64,000 nt of DNA from positions 1 through 64,000 of the forward strand of contig CAXXXD010000002.1 in assembly GCA_963663385.2 (NCBI GenBank), read 5' to 3'. Positions 36,374 to 47,127 of this stretch are shown piece after piece; within the stretch, counting starts at the first letter, position 1, and each line of letters starts with the position of its first letter. The position numbers were made by a program, and so were the translations under genes. Below the pieces are notes generated by a model that was given only the letters and a program-made list of their open reading frames with translations, searched no databases and was not told where the DNA came from. The stretch comes from Oceanispirochaeta sp. (lineage in GTDB: Bacteria > Spirochaetota > Spirochaetia > DSM-2461).

Positions 36374-36820
36374 ATGAGACGGCAGAATTCCGGTATGACT
36401 TCTTTATTCTTTCTACAGCTGGCAGTAGCGATTTTCTTCCTGATCCTGGGGTTGCAGGGGATTATGTATTCCGTCTCTCAAAACTCCGGTTTTGCCCGGG
36501 AAGTCGCCCGTCTCTTTAATCCGGAATACCCTGCTGTAAAAAACATTGAGCTTGTCTTTGGGATTTTCAGCCTTTTTTCCGGATTCCTCCTTTTGCTGGG
36601 ACTGTTCCGTTTCGGCGATTCCCGGCTGGTTACGGTTTCTTCGATTCTTATCTTTCTTTTCTGGCTGGTTCGGCTTGTAATACTGCGGTTTATGACAGAA
36701 CTGGTTGTCTTTAACGGCAATATCACTTTTCAACCGGACTTTTCAAACTGGTTGTTGAATGTGTCTATGGATACAATCATACTCTGTTCAATCTGGACCC
36801 TGGCCCGTCGTGTCCGTTAA
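36374..36820 (+). CDS. Small four-TM membrane protein
   Basis: Four hydrophobic segments; AGGAG RBS; 16 nt upstream of recC. Confidence 0.75.
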   Translation: MRRQNSGMTSLFFLQLAVAIFFLILGLQGIMYSVSQNSGFAREVARLFNPEYPAVKNIELVFGIFSLFSGFLLLLGLFRFGDSRLVTVSSILIFLFWLVRLVILRFMTELVVFNGNITFQPDFSNWLLNVSMDTIILCSIWTLARRVR

Positions 36821-36836
36821 GGACTGTATCAGGTGA

Positions 36837-39800
36837 ATGTCTCAGTATAGAATCTATAAGAGTAACTCTCTTTCCGGTCTGGTAGCCCGTTACCCTGGAA
36901 TCCTTACTCCATCCAGTCTTTTCGATAACTCACTTCTTCTGGTTGTTCAGAACCGGAATATGGGAGAGTGGCTGAAACTGGAACTGGCTGCCCATAGGGG
37001 CGTCAGCGCCGATTTCGCCTATGTCATGCCGGAGAAAGGTTTGCGGGAATTCTGCGGTGGATACCCTTCTGCCAGAGCTCTTCTGGGAGAGGGAGACCGG
37101 GAGAAACCCGTACTCTTTCTGGATAATCTGAAACTTATAATGTACTACACCCTGGATGAACTGCTGAACCGCAGAGAGAAGATTGATCCGGTTTACAGGG
37201 ATCTGTACCGCTACATTCAGGCCGGTGATCCGGTCGATGAAAGGGAGCTGACACAGGTCCGGACCGGACGTCTCTTCGAACTGGCGGACAGTATTGCCGG
37301 TTTATTTTTTCACTATGGTATGAACTGCCGGGATCTGATCTCCTACTGGGAGCGGGATCAGTTTTTCCCCGGTATGCCGGCTGTTTTACAAAAGCACGAA
37401 AACTGGCAGAAGCAGCTGTGGAATCATCTTTTCCATCCTGATCAGTCCTACCTCCATCTCAGTCAGCTTCTGACGGAGATAATGACCAGGGGCGATTCCT
37501 ATGACGGACCCTGTAAAAGGGTTGTACTGTTCGGGTCCTCCTTCCTGGGGGATACGGGACTGAAGTTTTTCCATCACCTGTCAAAAAGCATCAGGGTAGA
37601 TCATTTTATACTCTCTCCCTCAAGAGTTTATTCAAACTGGAGCGGAGAGGTCCGAAACAGCCTGCTGAAAAGCTGGAGTACCCTGATCGGCGGATTCGCT
37701 ACTCTTTCGGAGGGGTTTGAAGGCGCTGAGCATCAGGATGAGTACCTGTCCAGCCCGGGAGACTCTCTTTTGAACTCTCTGCAGAATGATATACTTGAGG
37801 ACCGGCAGGAAACCGGGAAAACCGCCGTCCGGGAGGATGACGATTCCATCAGGATCCATACGTTTACCTCTTCCTGGCGGGAAGTGGAAGTCCTGAAAGA
37901 CCTTATCCTGAATGCCCTCAACGAGGATGAGTCCCTCAAACTGACAGATATCTGTGTACTGGCTCCCGATATCAATGAATATGCTCCCTTTCTGGAAGCC
38001 CTTTTTCCAGCCTGGCAGGGGGATTATCCGGGCCGTGATTCCCTTTCCTATAATATAGTGGACCTTAAGGGATCTCCCGATACACCTTTCATTCAGGGGT
38101 TTTCGGCCCTTTTTAATCTGCCCGGGGAACGTTTTACACGTAAGGAACTGTTTCAGCTCTTTGATAATCCCTGTTTCTGCGAAACCTTTCAGGTTAACCG
38201 GCAGGAGCGGGATTTCTGGCTTCAGCTTTGTGAAGACCTCAATATGAAATGGGGGCTGAATGAAACCCATAAAAGGGATTTCTACCCGGAAGCCAGCGGA
38301 TTCAACTCCTGGGAGGAAGGGTTCCGCCGTTTGATGGACGGCTTTTTCCTGGAAGATGAAGAGGACAATTCCCTGCCGTACGGACTGAGTGATGAAACCG
38401 GGAACCAGAGTGCCGGAAAGCTGATCGGTGTCGTGGAAAATCTTTTTGCCGATTTTCATGAGCTGAACAATATAGCCCTCCCCCTGGAGCAGTGGGTGCT
38501 CTTGGCGGAAGCCATGATGGAGAGCTATATCACTGTCAGAGACGGGAATTTTCAGGACCAGAAGGACCGCTGGCAGTTGAAGGGTATATTCCGGGATCTC
38601 CTGAATCTGGCGGATGATTCCCGGGTGAACGAGAAACAGGACCTGAATTTTACAGTTTTCCGCATACTCCTCAACGAGTTTATCCGGAAATCCGGCGGAG
38701 AGAGGGGACGATACCTGACACAGGGGATAACCTGTTCTTCCCTTATGCCCCTGAGGGCTATCCCCTTCAGGCGAATCTATGTTCTGGGACTGAATGAGAA
38801 TGCCTTTCCGGGAGAAGATCTCAGCCTGGGGTTTGATCTGAGGGAAGTTGTGCAGCAGACCATTGATCTTTCCCGAAGGGGGAGTGACAAGTACGCCTTT
38901 CTTGAAACCCTTCTTTCGGCCGGAGACTCTCTGACCCTCTTCTATAAAGATCGGGATCCGGTCCGGGGAGAAGCCCTGCAGCCCTCTGTTCTGATCAGCG
39001 AACTCCTGGAGTATCTGGATTTTCATTTTACTTTTCCCGGCGGAGTATCTCCGGAGGAGTGGCTCATCCGGAAAGAGTCCATTCACGATTATGATGAGCG
39101 TTACTTTAACGGAGAGGCCGGATTCCTGTCCTTCAATGCCAGGGCACTGAAGAGCGCCCGTATTGCCATGGGGCTGCATTCCGATGCGGAAAACCCTCTC
39201 TGCCTGAAGGGGGCAGCCGGAGAAGCCAGGGACCTGCTGACTATTGCAGATCTTGAACAGTTTCTTCAGAATCCCGCATCCTATTATTTCAGGAAATCCC
39301 TGGGGATCTACCTGGAGGAGGAGGTAAACCGGGAAGAGGACAGCCTGGAGAACTGGGAGTCCGGCTTTATGGACCGCTACCGTTTTCTGAGCTCCCTGCT
39401 GGAAGCCCCATCCTGTCTGAAGGATCCGGAGATAATGCATACCTGGCTGGCGGATAGGCAGAAGAGGGGGTTCCTCCCCGATTCGGAGCTTATCTTTCTG
39501 GAAAAGGACTACTATTCAGGCCGATTGGATGACCTGAGGAATCAGCTGGAGGAGAAAGGGCTGCCTGACGGCCTTCCCTCACCGCGGGATTTCCTGATTG
39601 ATCCCGAAAGCGCTCCTCCCCGGAAGAGCAGGGGCTTTTTCGTGAATGAAGAAGATCGTACTTCCGTTCTGATCCCGGGGCTGGCCTTTGAGACCGGGGA
39701 GCGGGGAGTGATCCGGATGGCAGGGCAGCTCCGGGAGTTGAGTCCCCTGCCTGATGAGGCGGGAATATGGGGTACCATCGAGTACTGCGAATCGGGGTCC

Positions 39801-40322
39801 CCGGGGATACGTCATTTTCTGAAATCCTTTATCAAGGCCCTTTTTATGGACACCCTTGGCAGAGAGGGCTATATCGATCCTGTAGGAGCGCTGCGGCTGT
39901 ATCAGTTCGGGAAACGGTCCTACCCTCTGCGCCATTTTCTTCTCAACCCGTCCTCCGGGACCTTCGAGTCCGGGGGTGTCCCGCTTACGGGCCCGCAGGA
40001 AAGAATCGGCACTCTTATCCGCTTCTGTCTGGATCAGCTTGAGGACCCCCTGATGCTCTATCCGGAGATAGGAGAGAGTCTGGGGGCTTCCCTGGCTGCC
40101 AGGCCGGAACTGTCGGATAATGAACTGCTTGCTCTGTGGAAGGATAACTGGGTACGTCTGGCTGTTTCCGATTCTTACGGGGGATTCAGTCCCTTTGCCA
40201 ACTGCCCCTACCGGCAGCAGTTTTTGAGTGCTCCACCTGAAACCGATCCCGGCAGACTCAGGGAACTGCTTGAAATAATCTACCTTCCGTTTTTTAAAAA
40301 GGAAGTGAACCATGAAACCTGA
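36837..40322 (+). CDS. recC: Exodeoxyribonuclease V gamma subunit
   Basis: IYKSNSL, VVQNRNMGEWLKLELA, REVEVLKD, DICVLAPDINEYAP, LMPLRAIPFR, DKYAFLETLLSA. Confidence 0.93.
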   Translation: MSQYRIYKSNSLSGLVARYPGILTPSSLFDNSLLLVVQNRNMGEWLKLELAAHRGVSADFAYVMPEKGLREFCGGYPSARALLGEGDREKPVLFLDNLKLIMYYTLDELLNRREKIDPVYRDLYRYIQAGDPVDERELTQVRTGRLFELADSIAGLFFHYGMNCRDLISYWERDQFFPGMPAVLQKHENWQKQLWNHLFHPDQSYLHLSQLLTEIMTRGDSYDGPCKRVVLFGSSFLGDTGLKFFHHLSKSIRVDHFILSPSRVYSNWSGEVRNSLLKSWSTLIGGFATLSEGFEGAEHQDEYLSSPGDSLLNSLQNDILEDRQETGKTAVREDDDSIRIHTFTSSWREVEVLKDLILNALNEDESLKLTDICVLAPDINEYAPFLEALFPAWQGDYPGRDSLSYNIVDLKGSPDTPFIQGFSALFNLPGERFTRKELFQLFDNPCFCETFQVNRQERDFWLQLCEDLNMKWGLNETHKRDFYPEASGFNSWEEGFRRLMDGFFLEDEEDNSLPYGLSDETGNQSAGKLIGVVENLFADFHELNNIALPLEQWVLLAEAMMESYITVRDGNFQDQKDRWQLKGIFRDLLNLADDSRVNEKQDLNFTVFRILLNEFIRKSGGERGRYLTQGITCSSLMPLRAIPFRRIYVLGLNENAFPGEDLSLGFDLREVVQQTIDLSRRGSDKYAFLETLLSAGDSLTLFYKDRDPVRGEALQPSVLISELLEYLDFHFTFPGGVSPEEWLIRKESIHDYDERYFNGEAGFLSFNARALKSARIAMGLHSDAENPLCLKGAAGEARDLLTIADLEQFLQNPASYYFRKSLGIYLEEEVNREEDSLENWESGFMDRYRFLSSLLEAPSCLKDPEIMHTWLADRQKRGFLPDSELIFLEKDYYSGRLDDLRNQLEEKGLPDGLPSPRDFLIDPESAPPRKSRGFFVNEEDRTSVLIPGLAFETGERGVIRMAGQLRELSPLPDEAGIWGTIEYCESGSPGIRHFLKSFIKALFMDTLGREGYIDPVGALRLYQFGKRSYPLRHFLLNPSSGTFESGGVPLTGPQERIGTLIRFCLDQLEDPLMLYPEIGESLGASLAARPELSDNELLALWKDNWVRLAVSDSYGGFSPFANCPYRQQFLSAPPETDPGRLRELLEIIYLPFFKKEVNHET

Positions 40323-43300
40323 ATCATCCTTTAACCCTCTGGAAGCGGATCTTCTGACATCGGTCCGGCTGGAAGCGTCAGCAGGTACAGGGAAAACCTA
40401 TAACCTGGAGAGGGTGGTCTGCGAGCTGGTGGCCCGGTACGAAATTCCCCTCTCCAGGATACTTGTCGTGACCTTTACCAATAAGGCTGCCCGGGAGCTG
40501 CGGGAGAGAATCCGGACTATATTGAGCGAACTCTCCCGGCCGGAAGCCGGACGGGAACCGAAGGAGCAGAAACTGCTGAGCGAAGCCCGGCATAACTATG
40601 ATCAGGCTGCCATCTATACGATCCATGGTTTCTGTCAGCATGTCCTGCAGACCTATCCCTTCGAATCCGGCTCTTCCTTTCAGCAGGAGTTTTTAAGTGA
40701 TAATTCCCTGGCGGAAGAAGGGGTCCGGGACTTCCTGTACGGGCGGTTCCGCCGGATCAGCGGGGAGGACCGGGATCTGATCAGAGGATTCCTTAAAGAC
40801 AGCTGCTCCCTTGAGGAGGGGATTGGAAAACTTGTCAGGATTGCCGCAGATGAGATGGATGCGGGGAACCTGACTCTTATCCCCGGCCGGAATCAGCTTG
40901 ACAGGGCTCTGGCAGAAACAAAGAATTTCGCTGCCGGGGAGGGGACTGTCTATCAGGCTGTTTCCGTGCTGTTCAATCTTTCCTGGAGCAGCGAGGAGGT
41001 CTTTGACGTCTTTAAAACCCTGAAAACCAGACAGAAAGCCGTCACTGCCGAGAAAATCGGCAAGGTCGGCGGCCTCCTGCCGGAAACCGGCGACCTCCCC
41101 TCATGGCTGGACTGGTTCTATAACAGACAGGATGATCTGGGGGCTGCCCCCGCCGAACTGCTTCTGAATATGGCCGAACCTGTACTGGAGGAGAAATGCG
41201 GAAAAGGCTGTTCTCTGGACGACCTTCCGGATAAAACCCTGATCCGCGGCATTACAGATCTCTTCGAGGCGCTGGAGCCGTTCAGCGACGGCGGGTTTTC
41301 GGCAAAGGGGATACACAGGAAGCTTCTGGGTTATGCTTTTCTGCGGGAAGCCGTGGACGGAGCCGTTCCCCTTATTCTGGACAAGAAAAAAGTACGGGGT
41401 TTACGGGATTTTTCCGATCTGATCCGGGTCCTCCATGACATTCTGACCGAGGAGCCGGACGGCCCGCTGGCCGCTACACTCCGGAATCAGTATAAAGTTG
41501 TTCTTGTCGATGAATTTCAGGATACGGACCGCCAGCAGTGGGATATATTCAGAATCCTCTTCGGTCGGGATGCAGACCATAACTATTTCCTTATAGGCGA
41601 TCCCAAACAGTCCATCTACGGTTTCCGCGGGGCGGATCTGGCCGTGTATTTTCAGGCCTGTGACAGTGTGGCAGAGGAGCAGCGCTTCTCACTTGGGACA
41701 AACTACCGTTCCAGAAGAGCTGTTGTGGCCGGCTGCAACTACCTCTTTGAGAGGCTGTTTGCCCTGCCTTCCATCGGCAGCAGGAGCGTTCCTTTTCAGT
41801 CCGTTGATGCCGCCGGCGTCAAGGGTGCCCTTCCCAGGGACAGCCAGGGGAGGGTACTCCCGGCCATGACCTTCTGCGAAGTCCGGTACCCGGGGGATAA
41901 AGATATCGAGTCCAGGGGGAACCTGAAGGATGCCTGGATTCAGGATATTGCCAGGCGGGCGGAAGAGATGATCCGTGACGGTTCAACCCTGGAGGATCAG
42001 GCGGGAGCCCGGCGCATTAAAGCAGGGGATATCGCTGTATTGATGGATACAAACAGGGACTGCGAAGCCATGCAGCTGCAGCTGGAGGATCGGGGGATCT
42101 CCGCTGTTATCTACAGCGACCGGCGGGTCCTGGATGCTCCTGAAGCAAACCTTTTCGGTCTTATCCTGAAATGCCTGGCCTTTCCAGCCGACAACAGCGC
42201 CCTCACGGCTCTGCTGATTTCTCCGGTTTTTCAGCTCAGTCCGGCCACCATTTCCCAGGTTGAGCAGAGTGAGCAGCTTGATCAGATTGTTATGGCGTTT
42301 CATCGCTGGAAGGATATTACCGACAGGGGCGGGCTTATAAGGGTATTCCACAGCCTTTTTGAACAGGAGAATATATTCCCTCTGGAAAGTCTGGAAATTT
42401 CCTGGAAAAACCGGCTTCTCCATCTGAGGCAGGGGGACCGGAGCTGTACGAACCTCCTCCATCTGGCCGAAATTTTTCATCAGGAGCAGAGGTCCCGCAA
42501 ACTGGATGCCAGGGGGCTCTATGACCACTATATCCGGCTGCGTCATAATCCGGGGATGGATGATCAGAGGCAGGTCCGTCTTGACAAGGACGGCGAGTCT
42601 GTTCAGATTCTGACCCATCATTCAAGCAAAGGCCTGGAATATCCGGTTGTTTTTTTCTGCGGTGCCCTGAACAACGGCTCTGTCGGAAACCGGCCGGATC
42701 TGACCTTCTACTGGGAGGGGAGGCGTTACCGGGACTATCTTCTGACATCCGACTCCCGGAAGAAAGCGGCTCTTGCCGACTGGGAGGAAAGGAAACGGCT
42801 CTATTATGTGTCTCTGACCAGAGCTTCCTCCCTTTTGTATCTTCCGTTCTTTCCCCAGGGGGATTTCTGTTATCTTACCAATATATACGCGGCCCTCTGC
42901 GGGGATGCCCTTGTGTCTGAGGAACATGCCCTGCTAAAACCGCTTCCGCTTGCGGAGCAGTGGCCTCTTCACTCTGAAGCGAAATGGCAGAAAAGCGGCG
43001 CCGTCAAAAAGAAAAAAGCGGCCCTCAATGATAAAATGGCAGAAATCCTGCAGGATATCTGTCATGAGAACAGTAACCTTTTCCGTTTCTCAATCCCCGC
43101 CGGGGAGGAAGCGGATACACTGCCCCTTTTCCCTCCGGGTTATCTGGAACAGCCGGAAGGGGATACGATCCGTCTGGCTGCGGCTTCCTGGAAGGGCGGG
43201 ACTCCCTTTTACAAGAGGATTATATCGGTTGAAAGTTTTTCTTCCCTTACTGCCGGAGCACACGGGAGGATTCAGGCCCGGGACATCGACTCTGCAATAG

Positions 43301-44097
43301 ATGACGCAGACCGGGATGCAGGAGACGCGGGCCCCCCGGAGGAGGATTTCCCCGAAGAAATTCCGGAAGAGCAGCCCGGTCCCCTGGGGCTGACCAGAGG
43401 CGCCGAGTTCGGGAATCTTGTTCATTATATTTTTGAGACAATCGATTTTTCCTGGGGGGATATCCCTCTGGACCAATGGTTTGCGAAGGGGGACGGTCCC
43501 ACCCCGCAGGAAGTCTTTCTGGAAGAAGCGACTGAACGGTTCTTTGATCAGAACTGGTGGGTTCAATCCCGGCTCGCTCTGGGAGAACTGGTCTGGAATG
43601 TTCTGAACTGCCCACTGAAAGGCTGCGGTGCTCTGAAGCATATGGGACCGGAAAACAGGAAACATGAGCTTGAGTTCCTTTTCCGCGTCTCCGAATCCAC
43701 CAGGATGCAGGTTCAGGAGTGGAGTGTTCCTGTTGAGAAAGGATTTCTGAAAGGATTTATCGATTTAATATTCCGCCATGACGGGAAACTGTATATAGGA
43801 GACTGGAAAACAACTGTGCCTGCAGGGAAAGGCGTGTTGGGTGATTATGATGAAACAAATCTGAATGATACCATGCACAGTCACCTCTATGATGTTCAGG
43901 CGATGGTCTATACTCAGGCCCTTCACCGGTATTTGCTCTCCCTGGATCCTGATTTCTCCTATGAAAGGGATTTCGGGGGGATTTTCTACTTTTTTGTACG
44001 CGGTATGGGAGAGGAGGGGACCCGGGGGGTCCATTTCTTCAGACCGGATATACAGGAACTTGCCGATTTTATGCCGGGGTGTCTGGATTATGCATAA
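40312..44097 (+). CDS. recB: Exodeoxyribonuclease V beta subunit
   Basis: LEASAGTGKT, VDEFQDTD, IGDPKQSIYGFRGAD, SKGLEYP, nuclease GFIDLIF...DWKT. Confidence 0.95.
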   Translation: MKPESSFNPLEADLLTSVRLEASAGTGKTYNLERVVCELVARYEIPLSRILVVTFTNKAARELRERIRTILSELSRPEAGREPKEQKLLSEARHNYDQAAIYTIHGFCQHVLQTYPFESGSSFQQEFLSDNSLAEEGVRDFLYGRFRRISGEDRDLIRGFLKDSCSLEEGIGKLVRIAADEMDAGNLTLIPGRNQLDRALAETKNFAAGEGTVYQAVSVLFNLSWSSEEVFDVFKTLKTRQKAVTAEKIGKVGGLLPETGDLPSWLDWFYNRQDDLGAAPAELLLNMAEPVLEEKCGKGCSLDDLPDKTLIRGITDLFEALEPFSDGGFSAKGIHRKLLGYAFLREAVDGAVPLILDKKKVRGLRDFSDLIRVLHDILTEEPDGPLAATLRNQYKVVLVDEFQDTDRQQWDIFRILFGRDADHNYFLIGDPKQSIYGFRGADLAVYFQACDSVAEEQRFSLGTNYRSRRAVVAGCNYLFERLFALPSIGSRSVPFQSVDAAGVKGALPRDSQGRVLPAMTFCEVRYPGDKDIESRGNLKDAWIQDIARRAEEMIRDGSTLEDQAGARRIKAGDIAVLMDTNRDCEAMQLQLEDRGISAVIYSDRRVLDAPEANLFGLILKCLAFPADNSALTALLISPVFQLSPATISQVEQSEQLDQIVMAFHRWKDITDRGGLIRVFHSLFEQENIFPLESLEISWKNRLLHLRQGDRSCTNLLHLAEIFHQEQRSRKLDARGLYDHYIRLRHNPGMDDQRQVRLDKDGESVQILTHHSSKGLEYPVVFFCGALNNGSVGNRPDLTFYWEGRRYRDYLLTSDSRKKAALADWEERKRLYYVSLTRASSLLYLPFFPQGDFCYLTNIYAALCGDALVSEEHALLKPLPLAEQWPLHSEAKWQKSGAVKKKKAALNDKMAEILQDICHENSNLFRFSIPAGEEADTLPLFPPGYLEQPEGDTIRLAAASWKGGTPFYKRIISVESFSSLTAGAHGRIQARDIDSAIDDADRDAGDAGPPEEDFPEEIPEEQPGPLGLTRGAEFGNLVHYIFETIDFSWGDIPLDQWFAKGDGPTPQEVFLEEATERFFDQNWWVQSRLALGELVWNVLNCPLKGCGALKHMGPENRKHELEFLFRVSESTRMQVQEWSVPVEKGFLKGFIDLIFRHDGKLYIGDWKTTVPAGKGVLGDYDETNLNDTMHSHLYDVQAMVYTQALHRYLLSLDPDFSYERDFGGIFYFFVRGMGEEGTRGVHFFRPDIQELADFMPGCLDYA

Positions 44098-46060
44098 GGG
44101 ATCAGTCAGAGGGCTCAAGCGTTTTCTTGAGCTTAAATCAATAAGGGAGAATTCGCCCGCTTCCATCCGGGCAAGGATGAAGAATCCCGGAGGCGAGGGG
44201 GAGTTTATGCAGAAAGCCCTTCTCAGCGGGGCCGAAACCTATCAGATTTACGGTGCTGTTCATATGATTCGCACCAGGGGAAGCGAATCCGACAGGAACC
44301 GGGCGGATCAGCTGCGCTGGCTTCTGCTTTATATCCTCTATCAATCGGGGAACGGCCATATCAGAATTTCAAAAGAGGACCTGGCGGAAGATTTCCCCTT
44401 CTGGACGGACTCCATCTCTGTTGCCTGGAATCAGATGGGTTCCGAATTGTCCACTCTTGAAAACATTGATGCCCTGATAAAAAGGAATAAGGGAATCTTC
44501 GCCTGTCTCCCCGGGGGGACGGCCCCTGTAGTGATCTCCCCTGAGGGCTCCTCTCTCTATCTGCTCAAACGCTGGCGCTATGAAAGGCGGTTCCTTCAGC
44601 TTCTGGATCCCCTGTGCGGGGAAACTGGGCTGTCCTGCATTCCAGGGGCGGGTAACCTGTCGGAAACTCTTGACAGGGCATACGAAAACCTTTCCCGCGA
44701 TTCGTCCCTCCTGATGGGCCCTGAAACCCGGGCCGCCGCCGGGATGGTGGCAACCAGGCTCCTCTCTGTGATTACAGGCGGACCGGGAACGGGGAAAACC
44801 ACTATTCTGGGGGGGCTCCTGCGTCTGCTGCTGGAGGCGGGAATGGACGGAGGACAGAAAGTTATGAATATCCGCCTTTGTGCGCCTACCGGGCGGGCTG
44901 CCGGAAGGATGGAAGAGAGTCTCAGAGCCCTCATCGGAGACCCCCGGTACAAGGACGCCTTTGTCCGGGAACCCTGCACCCTTCATAAGCTTCTGGGACT
45001 TGTTCCCGGTTCTCCTCCCCGTTTCAACCGGCACAGGCCGCTTCCTGCAGACCTACTGGTTGTGGATGAGGCTTCCATGGTGGACCTGAATATGATGTAT
45101 TACATCCTTGATGCTCTCCGGCCCGGAGCCCGGCTTCTGCTTCTGGGTGATAAGGACCAGCTGCCGTCGGTTGAAGCGGGAGCGCTCCTTTCGGATTTTC
45201 TTTACGGCCGGGAAGAGCCCGGATACAAACTGGAGGGAGCTGTTCTCTCCCTTACGAGGGTACACCGGAACAGCGGGGCGATTCTGGACGGTTCAGGGAT
45301 GATCATCCGGGGAGAAACGGATGCGTTCCTTTCCTTTCTGGAACAGCCTCAGAGGCAGGGCGTGAAGGAGAATCAGGAAGAGAGCGGTCTTTTCCTTTAC
45401 AGGGATATCCCCGATTTCCGCACATTTCTCGAGCAGGCTGCGGGGGATTCCGGTTTGGCTGAAATGAGAAGGACGATTCCTCCTTTTACCGATTCCGTTT
45501 CTGCCTGGAGAGAGCACAAGGCAGAGATCAGCCGTTATTTCCGGCTTTTTCAGGAGGAGGTTATCCTTGTACCCTCCCGAAAGGGACTGTTCGGGGTCAA
45601 CTCCCTGAACCGAGCCCTCAGTGCTTATCTGGCTCCGGGCGAAGGCCCTGTTTTCCATGGCCAGCCCATTATGATTACCCGTAATGATTACGAGCGGGAA
45701 CTCTTCAACGGAGACCGCGGCGTCATCCTCTCCTTCGGAGGGCAGTTTTATGCTTTTTTCGAGTCACCAGGAAGTCATCCCTACAGGCACTACCCTGTTG
45801 CTCTTCTGGGAGAGTATCAAACCGCGTTTGCCCTTACTATTCACAAGAGTCAGGGATCGGAATACAGGCATGTCAGCGTAATCATCCCGGAAGGGGCGGA
45901 ACGGCTCCTTTCCCGGGAGATCCTCTATACAGGGGTCACCAGGGCAAAGGATAAGGTCACCCTCTTCAGCCGGAAGGACCTGATTCAACGCTCTCTGAGC
46001 CGGGGTGTCAGACGGCACTCGGGAATCAGGGAGTTTATCAGCGGAACCGGGGGTAGCTGA
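44090..46060 (+). CDS. recD: Exodeoxyribonuclease V alpha subunit
   Basis: ITGGPGTGKTT, CAPTGRAA, VVDEASMVD, LGDKDQLPSVEAG, TIHKSQGSEY, LYTGVTRAK; start placed at the ATG overlapping the recB stop. Confidence 0.95.
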   Translation: MHKGSVRGLKRFLELKSIRENSPASIRARMKNPGGEGEFMQKALLSGAETYQIYGAVHMIRTRGSESDRNRADQLRWLLLYILYQSGNGHIRISKEDLAEDFPFWTDSISVAWNQMGSELSTLENIDALIKRNKGIFACLPGGTAPVVISPEGSSLYLLKRWRYERRFLQLLDPLCGETGLSCIPGAGNLSETLDRAYENLSRDSSLLMGPETRAAAGMVATRLLSVITGGPGTGKTTILGGLLRLLLEAGMDGGQKVMNIRLCAPTGRAAGRMEESLRALIGDPRYKDAFVREPCTLHKLLGLVPGSPPRFNRHRPLPADLLVVDEASMVDLNMMYYILDALRPGARLLLLGDKDQLPSVEAGALLSDFLYGREEPGYKLEGAVLSLTRVHRNSGAILDGSGMIIRGETDAFLSFLEQPQRQGVKENQEESGLFLYRDIPDFRTFLEQAAGDSGLAEMRRTIPPFTDSVSAWREHKAEISRYFRLFQEEVILVPSRKGLFGVNSLNRALSAYLAPGEGPVFHGQPIMITRNDYERELFNGDRGVILSFGGQFYAFFESPGSHPYRHYPVALLGEYQTAFALTIHKSQGSEYRHVSVIIPEGAERLLSREILYTGVTRAKDKVTLFSRKDLIQRSLSRGVRRHSGIREFISGTGGS

Positions 46061-46132
46061 AAAACGCTATTTGTATTATTTTTTCTTACAGCTGTTATGG
46101 AGCAGCTGATTTTGGAATTTCAGGAGAGAATT

Positions 46133-46618
46133 ATGGCTGAATGTCCCTGCGGAAGCGGCGTCGAATATGAAAAATGCTGCGGGGTTTATATTAAGAACGG
46201 AATCCCCGCCCCTACAGCGGAAAAGCTGATGAGGGCCCGTTATTCCGCCTATGCTCTGGGTGAGATTGACTTTATAATGGATACTCATGAAGTAGAAAAA
46301 GGGGATGAAGAGAATTCCCGGAAGGCTACCGAGAACTGGGCGAAAGGATCTGAATGGCAGGGCCTTGAAATCCTTAAAACCTCAAAGGGGCAGGAAGGGG
46401 ATTCTGTCGGAACCGTTGAATTCAAAGCCCACTACATGGTGGACCGGGCCCGGTATACCCATCATGAAATCAGCAAGTTCGAAAAGAAAGACGGGAAATG
46501 GATCTTTATGGAAGGTCAGGAAGTTAACCGTCCTGCCAAACGGGATGAAAACAAGGTCGGCCGGAATGATCCCTGTCCCTGCGGCAGCGGGAAAAAATAC
46601 AAAAAATGCTGCGGCTGA
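46133..46618 (+). CDS. YchJ-family protein with N- and C-terminal SEC-C motifs
   Basis: CPCGSG...[41 protein letters not shown]. Confidence 0.92.
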   Translation: MAECPCGSGVEYEKCCGVYIKNGIPAPTAEKLMRARYSAYALGEIDFIMDTHEVEKGDEENSRKATENWAKGSEWQGLEILKTSKGQEGDSVGTVEFKAHYMVDRARYTHHEISKFEKKDGKWIFMEGQEVNRPAKRDENKVGRNDPCPCGSGKKYKKCCG

Positions 46619-46619
46619 T

Positions 46620-46792
46620 CCCTCGGCTTCGCTAGCCTGAAGTAGGTCGGCATGGCCGTGCCGACCTACGGGTAGGTTGCACCCCTCCTGTGGAGGGGAT
46701 GAGGGAGGTCTGGTCGTGCCTACCAATAGCCATTACTGCGAAGGGGAGAAATAAGGCGATTTCCCCCTCCTTCGGAGGGGGCCAGGGGGAGG
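46620..46792. repeat. Composite REP cluster (GTAG-type hairpins plus CCCCTCC-type palindromes)
   Basis: GTAGGTCGGCA-tggccg-TGCCGACCTAC (46642-46669); CCCCTCC-tgt-GGAGGGG; CCCCCTCC-ttc-GGAGGGGG-ccagggggagg. Confidence 0.85.
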
Positions 46793-47038
46793 CTATGATA
46801 ACTCCGACATCATCTGGTCTTTCAGGGTGGCGATAAACTCTTTGTAATGCCGGTTCTCCTCCTGAAGGCGCTTGATTTCAAACACCATCCACCTTACATC
46901 TTCCATGGCATCCACCACGTCATAGTCAAAATCTGAAGCCGGGTTGTATCTGATCCAGCAGAGGCTGTTCCCATTTCTCTTTTTTCTCTCAAATTTCTCT
47001 TCCAGCTCTTTCAGTCTGTTTTCATTCAGATCGTTCAC
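46793..47038 (-). CDS. Small hypothetical protein with coiled-coil ends
   Basis: 81-aa ORF, GTG start 6 nt after a TACATT -10-like hexamer. Confidence 0.65.
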   Translation of the reverse strand: MNDLNENRLKELEEKFERKKRNGNSLCWIRYNPASDFDYDVVDAMEDVRWMVFEIKRLQEENRHYKEFIATLKDQMMSELS

Positions 47039-47127
47039 CCTTTTAATGTACCCTTTTTTTGTGGAAATTCAGAGGAGCTGCCGGTAAATAAAGACAAAAA
47101 AAGGGGCATATGGTAGGGTGTCCTTCT

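Noticed and set aside
35971..36519. Short ORFs across the DnaA-box region
   Set aside because: Low-complexity translations of AT-rich regulatory DNA with no clear RBS.
37632..39440. 602-aa ORF antisense to recC
   Set aside because: Lies wholly within recC on the opposite strand, with shadow-like composition.
43865..44089. N-terminal extension of RecD in the ORF track
   Set aside because: Overlaps the RecB nuclease domain. The ATG at 44090, coupled to the recB stop, is more plausible.
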